Virus genome (UHGV): UHGV-1451962
Source: a virus
Direction: 5' to 3' (one strand)
Length of the DNA: 64,000 bases
A model generated the notes under the pieces. The model worked only from the letters and a program-made list of their open reading frames with translations, did not search any database and was not told the origin of the DNA. How positions within the stretch are numbered: position 1 is the first letter of the stretch; each line of letters begins with the position of its first letter. This document shows, piece after piece, positions 28,748 to 38,078 of the stretch. Position numbers and translations under genes: made by a program.

Positions 28748-31119
28748 TCCTCAATTTTAGATACCGAATTTATTTTATTATTATTCTTAATAATTTTTAC
28801 CCCTTGTGCAACTTTACTTCCTAATGTCAATTCTTTTGCTGAAATTTTAATAGTAGATTTATCTCCCACAATCAATAAATTATTACTATTATTAATTAAA
28901 CAACAGCCCGCAATAATTCCTCGATAGCCATAAGTACCTCTTCCACCTCTTTTTTGCAATACAAATTCTTTTAATAAAACTTGTTTGCCATTGCCATCTT
29001 CGCTAATAAAAGCTAGATTATTTTTATTATTTGTAACTGGTAAACAGGTAAATACACTATCTCCTTCGCGCAAATTAATTCCTTTTACTCCTTGCGCAAT
29101 CCGAGAAGAAATTGGCATATCTTTTGAATCAAAATGTAAAACAGTACCATTCTTGGTAATTAATAGCATTGTCTCTTCTTCAATAAAAGTTACAGCTCTA
29201 AGTGCATCATTTTCTTTTAAAGAGATTGCTACAACGCCCGTATTTCTTTTAGTATTATTAAATTCCTCTAAAGCAACCTTTTTAATAATACCATTCTTAG
29301 TTACAAAAAAAACATACTTTGCATTTGTTCCTTGATGTAAAGAAGCAAAAGCCATAGGAAATTCATTTTTATCAAACTTAATTAAAGTATTTAAATTACT
29401 TCCTTTGGAAGAGTTAGTCCCTTCTGGGATATTGTTCACCAGCAAACGATACATTTTCCCCTTAGAAGAAAAAACCATTAAAGTATCAATAGTATTAGTA
29501 TCACAAATATAAGAAATAATATCATCATTATTTTTAATACCTACACCATTGCGCTTTTGTGTTTTATAATTTTTGTTAGGAATGCGTTTAATATTACCAG
29601 ATTTAGTAATAGATACAACGCAATTTTCAGGAACAATATCAGGAACTATTGCTTCAATATTATTATCTTCTAAATTTAATAGTTTAGTTCTTCTCTTATC
29701 TCCATATTTATCTTTTAATTCAGTAATAATATTAATTAAAGTATTATCGCGAATTTCTTTATTGGTTAAAATACCAATACAATATTCAATAAACTTCTTT
29801 TTATCTTCCAATTCTTGAATTAATTCATTTTTGTTAATTTTACTTAATTTGCCGAGTTTCATGTCTAAAACTGCATTTGCCTGAACTTCATCAATAGAAA
29901 GAAAAGCCATCAAACTTTCTTTTGCCATTTGATTATTTTCAGATTGCTTAATAATTTTAATTACTTCATCAATTTTATCTACCGCGGTAATAAGACCTTC
30001 CAAAATATGAACTCTAGCTTCTGCTTTCTCTTTGTCAAAAGTAGTAGAATTAATTAACATGTTTTCTTGATGTAAAACATAATTCTTAATTAAATCTAAC
30101 ATAGAACAAAGTTTAGGAGTACCATTAACAATAAAGTTCATATTATAAGAAAGGGTAGTCTGCAAATCAGTTAATTTAAATAATCTATTTAAAGCAATTT
30201 GTGGATTTACATTTTTCTTAACGTAAAAGATTAACTTATTTTGTCCAACATTGGATTCATCATCAAAATCCTCAATTACTTCTGCCAAAACATCTACATT
30301 TTTTTCAATCTGTTCTTTAATTTTATTTCGATAGGTTCTATAAGGAATGGTCGTAAAGATAATTTTATTATCTTTAATCTCATAATCTCCTTGAATCTTT
30401 AAAGAAACAGAGGAATGACCAGTATTAAAAGCAGTATAAATATCTTTGATATTAATAATAGTACCGCCTAATGGAAAATCTGGCCCAGGTAAATATTTAA
30501 GCAGATCGTTAGTATTGGAAATTTTTTTCTGAATAAACGCGATTACAGTTTCACATACTTCTGTTAGATTATGTGGGCTACTATTATGGCTCATAGATAC
30601 ACCAATAGCCTGTCTACCATTGCAAATTGCGTTAGGAAAAAGTGAAGGAAGAATAACTGGTTCCATAAATTCACCATTATATGTCTCTTTTGTTGGGACA
30701 ATATTCTTTTTAAAATCCTTCATCATCAAATCTGCATAAATACTAGGTTTAGCTTCTGTATATCTAGCAGAAGCCACCATATCATTATTCTCTTGCGTAC
30801 CCAATGAACCCTGTCCCGCAATTAGAGGATACCGCATAAGATAATCCTGAGACATTTTACATAAAACTCCATAGCAACTAACATCACCATGAAAATAGCT
30901 AGTTGCTAATGTACTTCCCACAATAGCGTTACACTTTTTTGTTTTACTTTTGTTATTCATTTTAAGATAATCTTCCATAGTCCAAAGAATTTTTCTTTGT
31001 GCGGAAAGAAGACCATCTTCAATTGAAGGAATAGCTCTATCTGTCAAAACTTCCGAACTGTAAGTTAAAAAGTTTTCTTTGGCTTCATCAAGAATATCAA
31101 CTTCTGTAATTAAACTCAT
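28744..31119 (-). CDS. type II DNA topoisomerase, A (breakage-reunion) subunit
   Basis: 791 aa; active-site Tyr region SARYTEAKPSIYADLM and N-terminal LSAQRKILW resemble GyrA/ParC/T4 gp52. Confidence 0.8.
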   Translation of the reverse strand: MSLITEVDILDEAKENFLTYSSEVLTDRAIPSIEDGLLSAQRKILWTMEDYLKMNNKSKTKKCNAIVGSTLATSYFHGDVSCYGVLCKMSQDYLMRYPLIAGQGSLGTQENNDMVASARYTEAKPSIYADLMMKDFKKNIVPTKETYNGEFMEPVILPSLFPNAICNGRQAIGVSMSHNSSPHNLTEVCETVIAFIQKKISNTNDLLKYLPGPDFPLGGTIINIKDIYTAFNTGHSSVSLKIQGDYEIKDNKIIFTTIPYRTYRNKIKEQIEKNVDVLAEVIEDFDDESNVGQNKLIFYVKKNVNPQIALNRLFKLTDLQTTLSYNMNFIVNGTPKLCSMLDLIKNYVLHQENMLINSTTFDKEKAEARVHILEGLITAVDKIDEVIKIIKQSENNQMAKESLMAFLSIDEVQANAVLDMKLGKLSKINKNELIQELEDKKKFIEYCIGILTNKEIRDNTLINIITELKDKYGDKRRTKLLNLEDNNIEAIVPDIVPENCVVSITKSGNIKRIPNKNYKTQKRNGVGIKNNDDIISYICDTNTIDTLMVFSSKGKMYRLLVNNIPEGTNSSKGSNLNTLIKFDKNEFPMAFASLHQGTNAKYVFFVTKNGIIKKVALEEFNNTKRNTGVVAISLKENDALRAVTFIEEETMLLITKNGTVLHFDSKDMPISSRIAQGVKGINLREGDSVFTCLPVTNNKNNLAFISEDGNGKQVLLKEFVLQKRGGRGTYGYRGIIAGCCLINNSNNLLIVGDKSTIKISAKELTLGSKVAQGVKIIKNNNKINSVSKIEE

Positions 31120-31131
31120 TCTTTTCCTCCT

Positions 31132-33012
31132 TTAATCAAAAGTAAAACCAAGCTCGGTAGCATTTTCATAAATATATTGTTTGCGGGGTTCTACTTTAAC
31201 TCCCATTAAAATTTCAAGTAATTCATCTGCTTTTTCTGCATCACTAATAGTAATTCTTTTATAGCGTTCTTGCTCAAAACAAACTTTCTGAAGATCACGT
31301 GCGTTTAACTCGCCCAAACCTTTCGCTCTCACTAGCTCATAAGTGCCTTGATGCTGAGTTTTCCACTCTTCAAGTTCTTCATCAGTATAAGCATAGTATT
31401 CATTATTCTTCTGACGAATAATGTACAAAGGAGTAACTGCTCTATAAAGTTTTCCTGCTTCGACTAAAGGCCGCATATAAGTAAAAAAGAATGTAGTTAA
31501 AAGTAATTCAATACTAGCTCCATCAGAATCTGCATCCGAAGTAATTACGATTTTATCAAATTGCATTTTATCTACATCAAAAGTTTTATCAAAACCTCCA
31601 CCAATTACTTTAATAATATCAGAAATTTCTTGATTAGCAAGAATTTTTTCAACAGATTGTTTTCTAGGGCTAATAGTTTTACCTTTTAACATATAAATAC
31701 AATCTGTTTTGGGATTCCGTGCTTCAACGGCAGATGATCCTGCGCTTAAACCCTCGACTAGCAGTAGATTACGCTGGCTTGGATTCTTATTTGTGCAATC
31801 AATAAATTTATTACTTAGGGCGATTTTGGCTTTAAGACCAGTTTCTTTTTTACCCTTATCCCTAACAGCTTCTCTAGCTTTTCGAGCTGCTTCTCTAGCT
31901 TTTCGAGCATTGATCGCCTTATCTGCGATTTTCTTTATTTCTTTTTCATTTGCTTCAAACCAATATTGTAATTCTTGTGCAATGATTCCTGCAAAAGGGT
32001 GCATATCAATTTTAACAATTCTACTTTTGGTCTGAGCGTCATAAGCTATACCAGGAGCAGTAATATTAAAAACTAAATATAATCCTTCTTGACAATCATC
32101 GCCAGATAAATTGCTATCCTTTTCTTTCAACCAAGCTTTATCTCTAAAAAACTTATTCATTTCTCTTGTTAGAATAGTTTTAATTTGAGTAATATGCGGG
32201 CCAGTATCAGTAAGTCCTGTATTAACATAAGGAACAATAGTAGAAGAATATTTATCAGTATAAGTTAATACTAAATTTAATTCATTCTTATTATCTTTAA
32301 AATCAATTTTAAGTCTATTTTTAATAATTTCGCTATTTTTATCTACAGTAGAATCAACCAAATCAGTTAATCCATTCTTAGAGAAAAAAGTTTTTTCATT
32401 TAAAGTGATAGTTAAACCTGGACATAAACAAACTAAAACTTCAAAAAGATTATTAATAATTTTTAAATCTACTTCTGGGTGAGTAAAAAATTCTTCACTT
32501 GCTTGCCAAGTAACAACAGTACCGGATTCTTTATCATTTTTTACTTTACCAGTTTTGCGGTTTTTGAAAATTCCTTCTTCAAAAGAAACTTCTTCAAAAT
32601 TTCCTTTTTGATAACTAAGTACCTTTGTCCAATGACTTAAAAATACAACTAGCTTACTGCCGATTCCGTTTAGACCTAACGCGGTACCTTCATAAACACC
32701 ATCTTCAGTATATTTACCAGAAGTGTTAAGCACACTAAAAGCAGCTTCAAGAATTGTTTTTCCGTCTTCTCTAGTGGAATTAATTAAAAAACCTTGCCCA
32801 TTATCTTTAACTGTGATTACATTATTATCTGAAATAGTTACATTAATTTCAGTGCAATGACCTGCTTTAAACTCGTCAACTGCATTAGAAACAATCTCAA
32901 TCAATAGCTGAGTTGAATATTCAGTAGAACCAACATATACTCCAGGTCTAAGTCTTGTAAATTCTAGTGGAGTAAGACTTTGAATTGAATCTTTATTATA
33001 TAAATTATTCAC
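31132..33012 (-). CDS. type II DNA topoisomerase, B (ATPase/TOPRIM) subunit
   Basis: 626 aa; TOPRIM motifs LLLVEGLSAGSSA and VITSDADSDGASI. Confidence 0.8.
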   Translation of the reverse strand: MNNLYNKDSIQSLTPLEFTRLRPGVYVGSTEYSTQLLIEIVSNAVDEFKAGHCTEINVTISDNNVITVKDNGQGFLINSTREDGKTILEAAFSVLNTSGKYTEDGVYEGTALGLNGIGSKLVVFLSHWTKVLSYQKGNFEEVSFEEGIFKNRKTGKVKNDKESGTVVTWQASEEFFTHPEVDLKIINNLFEVLVCLCPGLTITLNEKTFFSKNGLTDLVDSTVDKNSEIIKNRLKIDFKDNKNELNLVLTYTDKYSSTIVPYVNTGLTDTGPHITQIKTILTREMNKFFRDKAWLKEKDSNLSGDDCQEGLYLVFNITAPGIAYDAQTKSRIVKIDMHPFAGIIAQELQYWFEANEKEIKKIADKAINARKAREAARKAREAVRDKGKKETGLKAKIALSNKFIDCTNKNPSQRNLLLVEGLSAGSSAVEARNPKTDCIYMLKGKTISPRKQSVEKILANQEISDIIKVIGGGFDKTFDVDKMQFDKIVITSDADSDGASIELLLTTFFFTYMRPLVEAGKLYRAVTPLYIIRQKNNEYYAYTDEELEEWKTQHQGTYELVRAKGLGELNARDLQKVCFEQERYKRITISDAEKADELLEILMGVKVEPRKQYIYENATELGFTFD

Positions 33013-33499
33013 CCAATACCTCCTTAACAGTCACTCTACCAGTAGCTAAATCATCAGCAAGTTCATTGCCTTCAATACCAGCATGACCTTTAATTTTTCT
33101 TAAATCAATCTTTCTATGCCATTTATTATATATTATATCATAAAATTTTATTAAATCCAAATTTTCAGGAGTTGATTTATCTGCTTTTCGCCAGTTATTA
33201 TTTTTCCACCTGTACATCCAATCATTGAAAGTATTTACACAATATAAAGAATCTGTATAAACAATAGGATAAGTAAAAGAATCTGCCGAAACCCCATAAT
33301 TGTACAAAGCCCAAAGAATAGCTTTCATTTCTTCTCTATTGTTTGTAGTTCCAATAGTTTGACAAGCAAAAGCATCTACTAAATGTAGGTTTTTAGGGTC
33401 TTTAACATACTTATAAACAACTACCCCATAACCACCAGAAGCATCTTTACTACCATTCTTCAAAGTTGAGCCATCAGTATAAATAACAGTACCTATGAT
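33005..33499 (-). CDS. rnhA: ribonuclease H, probably initiating at a non-AUG (AUC/AUA) codon
   Basis: GHAGIEGNELADDLA motif; conserved N-terminal IYTDGS (catalytic Asp) lies upstream of the only ATG/GTG/TTG codon; in-frame ATC/ATA sit 6/9 nt after AAAGGAGAG, preceded by an in-frame TAA. Confidence 0.65.
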   Translation of the reverse strand: MIGTVIYTDGSTLKNGSKDASGGYGVVVYKYVKDPKNLHLVDAFACQTIGTTNNREEMKAILWALYNYGVSADSFTYPIVYTDSLYCVNTFNDWMYRWKNNNWRKADKSTPENLDLIKFYDIIYNKWHRKIDLRKIKGHAGIEGNELADDLATGRVTVKEVLGE

Positions 33500-33616
33500 T
33501 TAACTCTCCTTTCTTTGATTTTCTTAAATAAAAGTAGTATAATATTAATAATAAATCAATCAATCTTTTATTCTTTAATAATATTATATCATTTTTTTAA
33601 AATAAAAACAAATAAA

Positions 33617-33651
33617 GGGTTATAAACTCACCAAAGGTGAGTTTATAACCC
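33617..33651 (-). terminator. rho-independent terminator
   Basis: GGGTTATAAACTCACC-AAA-GGTGAGTTTATAACCC 16-bp stem downstream of holin gene; near-identical copy at 63407-63441. Confidence 0.55.
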
Positions 33652-33660
33652 ATATAATCT

Positions 33661-34002
33661 TCAAATCGGCCCAAAGACGTCCGGTTCATCGGAAGAGGTG
33701 GGCGTTTGTGGCGTCAGATTATTCATCACAGTTTCATATTTTATGCCATTTTTAGTATTCTCACGAGTGGCTTTATTATAATAAAAAGCTTGACTAACTG
33801 CATAAGCAGCCCAAGGTAAACTGGCTTCCGCGGCTAACCAAGGCAAAGAACCAGTAAATCCTTCGTGAATGCAATAAAATGCTAGAATAATATGAGCGAG
33901 AGAATGAACCCATATTAAAGCAGATTCTTGAGCTAAAAGAACTTTTGAAAATTCTTTTTTCTTTTTTCTTTTGTTTCTATTCTTTTTAACGAAGTTTATC
34001 AT
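33661..34002 (-). CDS. putative holin
   Basis: 113 aa, two hydrophobic helices (LIWVHSLAHIILAFYCI, LPWAAYAVSQAFYY); overlaps the end of the endolysin gene. Confidence 0.4.
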   Translation of the reverse strand: MINFVKKNRNKRKKKKEFSKVLLAQESALIWVHSLAHIILAFYCIHEGFTGSLPWLAAEASLPWAAYAVSQAFYYNKATRENTKNGIKYETVMNNLTPQTPTSSDEPDVFGPI

Positions 34003-34783
34003 ATAATCTCTTCATTATAGTGACGCCTTCTAGTCTGGTTAAAAACTTATTAGGCATTAATTTGCCAGTTTCGTCACCTTTAATTAGTCCCATAGAAACT
34101 GCCCAATTTAATTCATCTTTGCCCCAATCAGCATTTTGTTTAGCTAATTGAACTAAATAATTATTCATCATTTCATTAAATTTTTCTTGAGTCATGTCTT
34201 CATCCTCCTCTTGTTTAATTGTAGGTTTATTATTATTATTTGTTTTAGGTTTTTCAATTATAAAATAATATTTTACTTGTTGTTTGAAAAGACTATAATT
34301 ACCTCTAGTGCGTGCGGTTTTTGTGCTGTTAGGGTCATTAATATAAATAGTGTTTCCTTGAATATTCCACACTAAAATGAAATGACCACTACTTGTCCAT
34401 AATCCTTTGCCCATACAAGCTATAACTAAATTACCTTTATCAATTTCAGCTTTTGCTAAATTATGATATTTACTAGAACTATTACCATAAATATTTGCAC
34501 CATTCAGCATATAGGCTGTTAAACCGTATCGTGCAGCAGCAGGTTTAAAATATCCATAATAAGTTCCTTGGTGAGGAGCTTTATAACCATGCGCTAAAGC
34601 CCAGGCACATTCAGTTTTTGGAGTAACTTTTTTATCTGCCCATGTAGCTAAAACCATAGACATTGCGGTGGGACCGCAGCCAGAAGCGCCGATTGTAGTT
34701 GATTCACCTTTTGCTGAATAGCTAATATTTTTCCATCTTGCGTCTGTTTGTAAATAAGATACAGGCTGTGTATTCATATACAT
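33986..34783 (-). CDS. endolysin: papain-like (C39-type) cysteine peptidase with C-terminal SLH-like cell-wall-binding domain
   Basis: Q...GASGCGPTAMSMVLA Cys motif; C-terminal NWAVSMGLIKGD...LMPNKFLTRLEGVTIMKRL resembles SLH repeat. Confidence 0.5.
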   Translation of the reverse strand: MYMNTQPVSYLQTDARWKNISYSAKGESTTIGASGCGPTAMSMVLATWADKKVTPKTECAWALAHGYKAPHQGTYYGYFKPAAARYGLTAYMLNGANIYGNSSSKYHNLAKAEIDKGNLVIACMGKGLWTSSGHFILVWNIQGNTIYINDPNSTKTARTRGNYSLFKQQVKYYFIIEKPKTNNNNKPTIKQEEDEDMTQEKFNEMMNNYLVQLAKQNADWGKDELNWAVSMGLIKGDETGKLMPNKFLTRLEGVTIMKRLYDKLR

Positions 34784-34807
34784 TCTTCTTTCTTTTGTTT
34801 TAAAAAA

Positions 34808-34832
34808 AGAGCTAGGATAAAATCCTAGCTCT
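34808..34832 (-). terminator. rho-independent terminator
   Basis: AGAGCTAGGA-TAAAA-TCCTAGCTCT stem with T-run on minus strand downstream of PhoH exon 2. Confidence 0.5.
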
Positions 34833-34851
34833 TTGATTATTATTATTATTA

Positions 34852-35280
34852 TTAAATTAATTCTGCGAGTTCTGCTATTTTAGATCTATGGATATTATTT
34901 AAAGTTACTTCTCCATAAATATCAGAACCTCTAAAAATTTTAGACATTCTTCTCATGCCATTGTTATTACCAGAATAAGCTAATGAGTCAACTTGCGTTT
35001 TAGCATCACCATCAATAATACAAATACAATCTTCACCAATACGTTGAAGAGCTAATTTAATTAAAGTTCTGTCTAAATTTTGTGCTTCTGTTATATAAAT
35101 ACCTGCGTTCATTCCGCTAGTATCATAACCTCTAATATCGCTAAAAGGCAATAAAACTAATTTATCTTCTTCCATCATACGAAGAACACCTTCTTTACCG
35201 CCCAATTTGGCGGAAAGCATATTACCAATTTGTGAGTCAAGTAATTTATCGTCTTTTGTACCTGGGTAAACATTAAACAT
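34852..35280 (-). CDS. phoH: PhoH2-like ATPase, 3' exon (C-terminal part)
   Basis: PhoH C-terminal motifs LPFSDIRGYD, ITEAQNL, IIDGDAKTQVDS; continues the P-loop domain that ends at 36547; exact splice junction not determined. Confidence 0.55.
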   Translation of the reverse strand: MFNVYPGTKDDKLLDSQIGNMLSAKLGGKEGVLRMMEEDKLVLLPFSDIRGYDTSGMNAGIYITEAQNLDRTLIKLALQRIGEDCICIIDGDAKTQVDSLAYSGNNNGMRRMSKIFRGSDIYGEVTLNNIHRSKIAELAELI

Positions 35281-36546
35281 TATAGCTTTCGCTATAAACC
35301 TGACTATATCTTATTTCAAACTATTTTTTAAACTAATATATTTATCATATTTTCTTTTTAAAAATCTTGGATTATTATCATAAAGAGTATTTAAAATATT
35401 TAATACTTGTATTCTACCTCTCCATTGTGTATGCCACGCGGTAGTATAAAAATTTTTGTTTTTTTTATCTGATTGTATTAGAAGGTTTATTATATTTTGA
35501 AAATCTTCAACTTCTGTCTCACAATAAGCTGTATAACTTAATGTTACATCTGTGCTAAAATTTTTACTATATGAAAGACCGCCATCACCATCAAATAAAC
35601 CTAAAGCATAAGCTGATAAATATTCTTTAGGGATTTTTTCATAAGGAATATGTGTTATTTTATAAGTTTTATTTGGCACTATATTATATTTTGCTAAGTC
35701 ATTATAAATTTGTTCATCTACAAATTCAACTGAACAACAAGTGCTATTTGGACGAATATCATAGATAATTTTACTATCTATTTGAATATCATTTTTAAAT
35801 TTTTCAAGAAGTTCTATATCTTGTTCTTGAATTTGTAATCTAATTCGCCCAGTTTTTCGATAATGGTCTACACTTCCATCTGTAAATAAAAATCCTAGCC
35901 AATATGCTTTAATAGGAGAGTCGATAATTGAAAAATAATCACTTTTAATTCTCCTATTAATTTTATTTGTATTTGTAACTTTGATATTTAATTCTTTTAA
36001 CCTTTTCTTCGTTGTTTCAACATCCAAATTACAATATTTAGCAATTTCTTTAAGAAAAGCTCCTTCTTTAATCATTTTTTTAATAGTAATAATTTGTTCA
36101 TCAGATAAATTTTTCTTTTTTCTTCCACCTCTTATTACAACATTATTATCTGTAAGAAGTTTTGTTAAATTACGTCTATTATAAGAAGGATATTTTAAAA
36201 GTAATTTAGTTATTGACTGACCTTCTAAATACTCTTGTACAATTTGTTTTTCCATAAACTATCTCCTTTATTTTAATATTATATATTATTTTTATTAAAG
36301 ATAGTTTTTCTTTGTTTGTCCAAAATTTTTCAGTTTGAAATCCATGCGCTTCGGAATTTTACTTCCTACTCTACTCCCTTACTATAGTTTCGATAGTCGA
36401 TGAGCCTTCCTCTATTCGAGGCTTGGTTGCTGATTGTCCAATCTATATTATTTTTAAACGTTCACGCTTAGATTTATTTCATTCTTACGTTGTAGTTAAT
36501 ATAGCTCTAAGGATGTTCCAGCAGTTCACATGGTTTTACTTGAGCC
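35281..36546 (-). mobile_element. group I intron (ORF-containing) interrupting PhoH2-like gene
   Basis: About 1.27 kb separates the two PhoH halves; 290-nt GC-elevated non-coding segment (36256-36546) with stem-loops, plus a free-standing LAGLIDADG ORF; GNRA hairpin TATAGC-GAAA-GCTATA just before exon 2. Confidence 0.55.
35311..36255 (-). CDS. LAGLIDADG homing endonuclease (intron-encoded)
   Basis: Two LAGLIDADG motifs (AYWLGFLFTDGS, AYALGLFDGDGG); own RBS AAGGAGA; 314 aa. Confidence 0.8.
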   Translation of the reverse strand: MEKQIVQEYLEGQSITKLLLKYPSYNRRNLTKLLTDNNVVIRGGRKKKNLSDEQIITIKKMIKEGAFLKEIAKYCNLDVETTKKRLKELNIKVTNTNKINRRIKSDYFSIIDSPIKAYWLGFLFTDGSVDHYRKTGRIRLQIQEQDIELLEKFKNDIQIDSKIIYDIRPNSTCCSVEFVDEQIYNDLAKYNIVPNKTYKITHIPYEKIPKEYLSAYALGLFDGDGGLSYSKNFSTDVTLSYTAYCETEVEDFQNIINLLIQSDKKNKNFYTTAWHTQWRGRIQVLNILNTLYDNNPRFLKRKYDKYISLKNSLK

Positions 36547-37416
36547 TTACCCTATTTTAATTAACCCAAGTCTTGCGGAATTAATAGTTGCCACTGTATT
36601 ACAAAAGATTATAATTTTATCTATTCTATTTTTTTCTAACATATACATTAAAAAAGCTAGAGAAATGTAAGATTTTCCTACTCCTGCTGGGCCTTGTAAC
36701 AAAGTAATTTTATTATTAGCTAAACTATCAAAAGCACATTTTTGATATATGTCTCCTTGATATGGTTGTACTTTTCCAAACCAGGTAGAATCAAAAGTAG
36801 GAAATTTTAAGTAACGATAAGTTTCTCCTGACCAAACCCGCACATCTATAAGTTCATCAAAATTATCAGGATTTTTTAAAAGTAGATATTCTCCTTTTTT
36901 AAGATTAAAATGATTATAGTTAGGATTTTCATAAAATTTAGAAATTAATTCTTCACTAGCAGTAATTTCTGCAATTCCACTATAAGTATCTAAATCTTCC
37001 TCAATAGAAGAAACATTTTCTTTGGGAAACAAACATAAAGCAATATGTTTTAAACTTAAATCATTAGTTATAAATTCTAAACATTTATTTGTTTCAAACT
37101 CATTCCAAGCATCAGACAAAATTCTAGCATCATCATTAATATCAAAATTCATTTTATCTAAAATGTATTCATAATTTATTTGATGAATTTTAACAGAATA
37201 ATTATTTGGATATTTTTCAAATAAATGAAGCAAAAGTCTTGCGGAATATTTTATATCAGAATCTTTATTTGCCGCAGTTTTAATTCTTTCTAATTCTTTT
37301 AAAGTAATAGAAGAAATGATAAATTTCTCATCATCTTCAAAAGCTGATTCTCCGGCTAATAAAAGACTACAAGTATCGTAGAATTTAATAATAATTTCCA
37401 CTCTCCTATTGTTCAA
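36547..37416 (-). CDS. phoH: PhoH2-like protein, 5' exon (PIN-like N-terminal domain plus Walker A of PhoH domain)
   Basis: N-terminal PIN-like region (YDTCSLLL); C-terminal LLQGPAGVGKSYISLAF P-loop; ORF ends ~6 codons past the point where PhoH homology stops. Confidence 0.55.
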   Translation of the reverse strand: MNNRRVEIIIKFYDTCSLLLAGESAFEDDEKFIISSITLKELERIKTAANKDSDIKYSARLLLHLFEKYPNNYSVKIHQINYEYILDKMNFDINDDARILSDAWNEFETNKCLEFITNDLSLKHIALCLFPKENVSSIEEDLDTYSGIAEITASEELISKFYENPNYNHFNLKKGEYLLLKNPDNFDELIDVRVWSGETYRYLKFPTFDSTWFGKVQPYQGDIYQKCAFDSLANNKITLLQGPAGVGKSYISLAFLMYMLEKNRIDKIIIFCNTVATINSARLGLIKIG

Positions 37417-37469
37417 ATAAGATAAAATAAATTATCTTTCTTTATTAGATTAAAAAATAAATAAAATAA

Positions 37470-37907
37470 TTAATTATTTATGGCCTTTCTTTGTCTTTTT
37501 AGAGAAGTAATTACTTTACTTTGAGCTTTTAAATATGTATTTAATTCTTTTTCTTCTGTTTTAATATAATCCAAATACTTATTAATTTGCTGTTTTAGTC
37601 TTACTATTTCTTTAATGACAATGATATACTCACATTTTTTATTTTCTCTTAAAATATCGTTATAAAATCTTTTTACAGCATTGTATTCAATATTAGTTTT
37701 TTCTTTAATATCTTTTAAAGCATTAATAATTGCTCTTTTGTGAGCTATTGTTTGACCTACTTTGGTTGAGAAAAAGTCCATATCATCAGAATGACAAGTA
37801 GCAGTCCCAGTATAGTATTTTCGTTCATAATAAACTATTGCCTCAATTGAATTATTTGTGTAATTAAATTCTACGGGTAAAAGATTAATTGTTTTTCTTA
37901 GACTCAT
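37470..37907 (-). CDS. hypothetical protein
   Basis: 145-aa ORF with AGGAGAATTTTA RBS; coiled-coil-like C-terminal half. Confidence 0.45.
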   Translation of the reverse strand: MSLRKTINLLPVEFNYTNNSIEAIVYYERKYYTGTATCHSDDMDFFSTKVGQTIAHKRAIINALKDIKEKTNIEYNAVKRFYNDILRENKKCEYIIVIKEIVRLKQQINKYLDYIKTEEKELNTYLKAQSKVITSLKRQRKAINN

Positions 37908-37989
37908 TAAAATTCTCCTATCTTATTTTATATTATAATTATATCATAAATTCTGAGAAAAATAAAATTCTTGGTATTTGCGTAAAAAA

Positions 37990-38075
37990 TTGCTAGAGGC
38001 GCGAAAATTCGGCGACACGGGCTGCCACGAGTATGCACGAAGACCCTAGAGCAAAAGTACTCTAGGGTCTTTAAT
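37990..38075. other. GC-rich non-coding island with terminal hairpin (candidate small RNA or protein-binding element)
   Basis: GCTAGAGGCGCGAAAATTCGGCGACACGGGCTGCCACGAGTATGCACG then hairpin AGACCCTAGAG...CTCTAGGGTCT; GC far above local background. Confidence 0.3.
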
Positions 38076-38078
38076 TTA

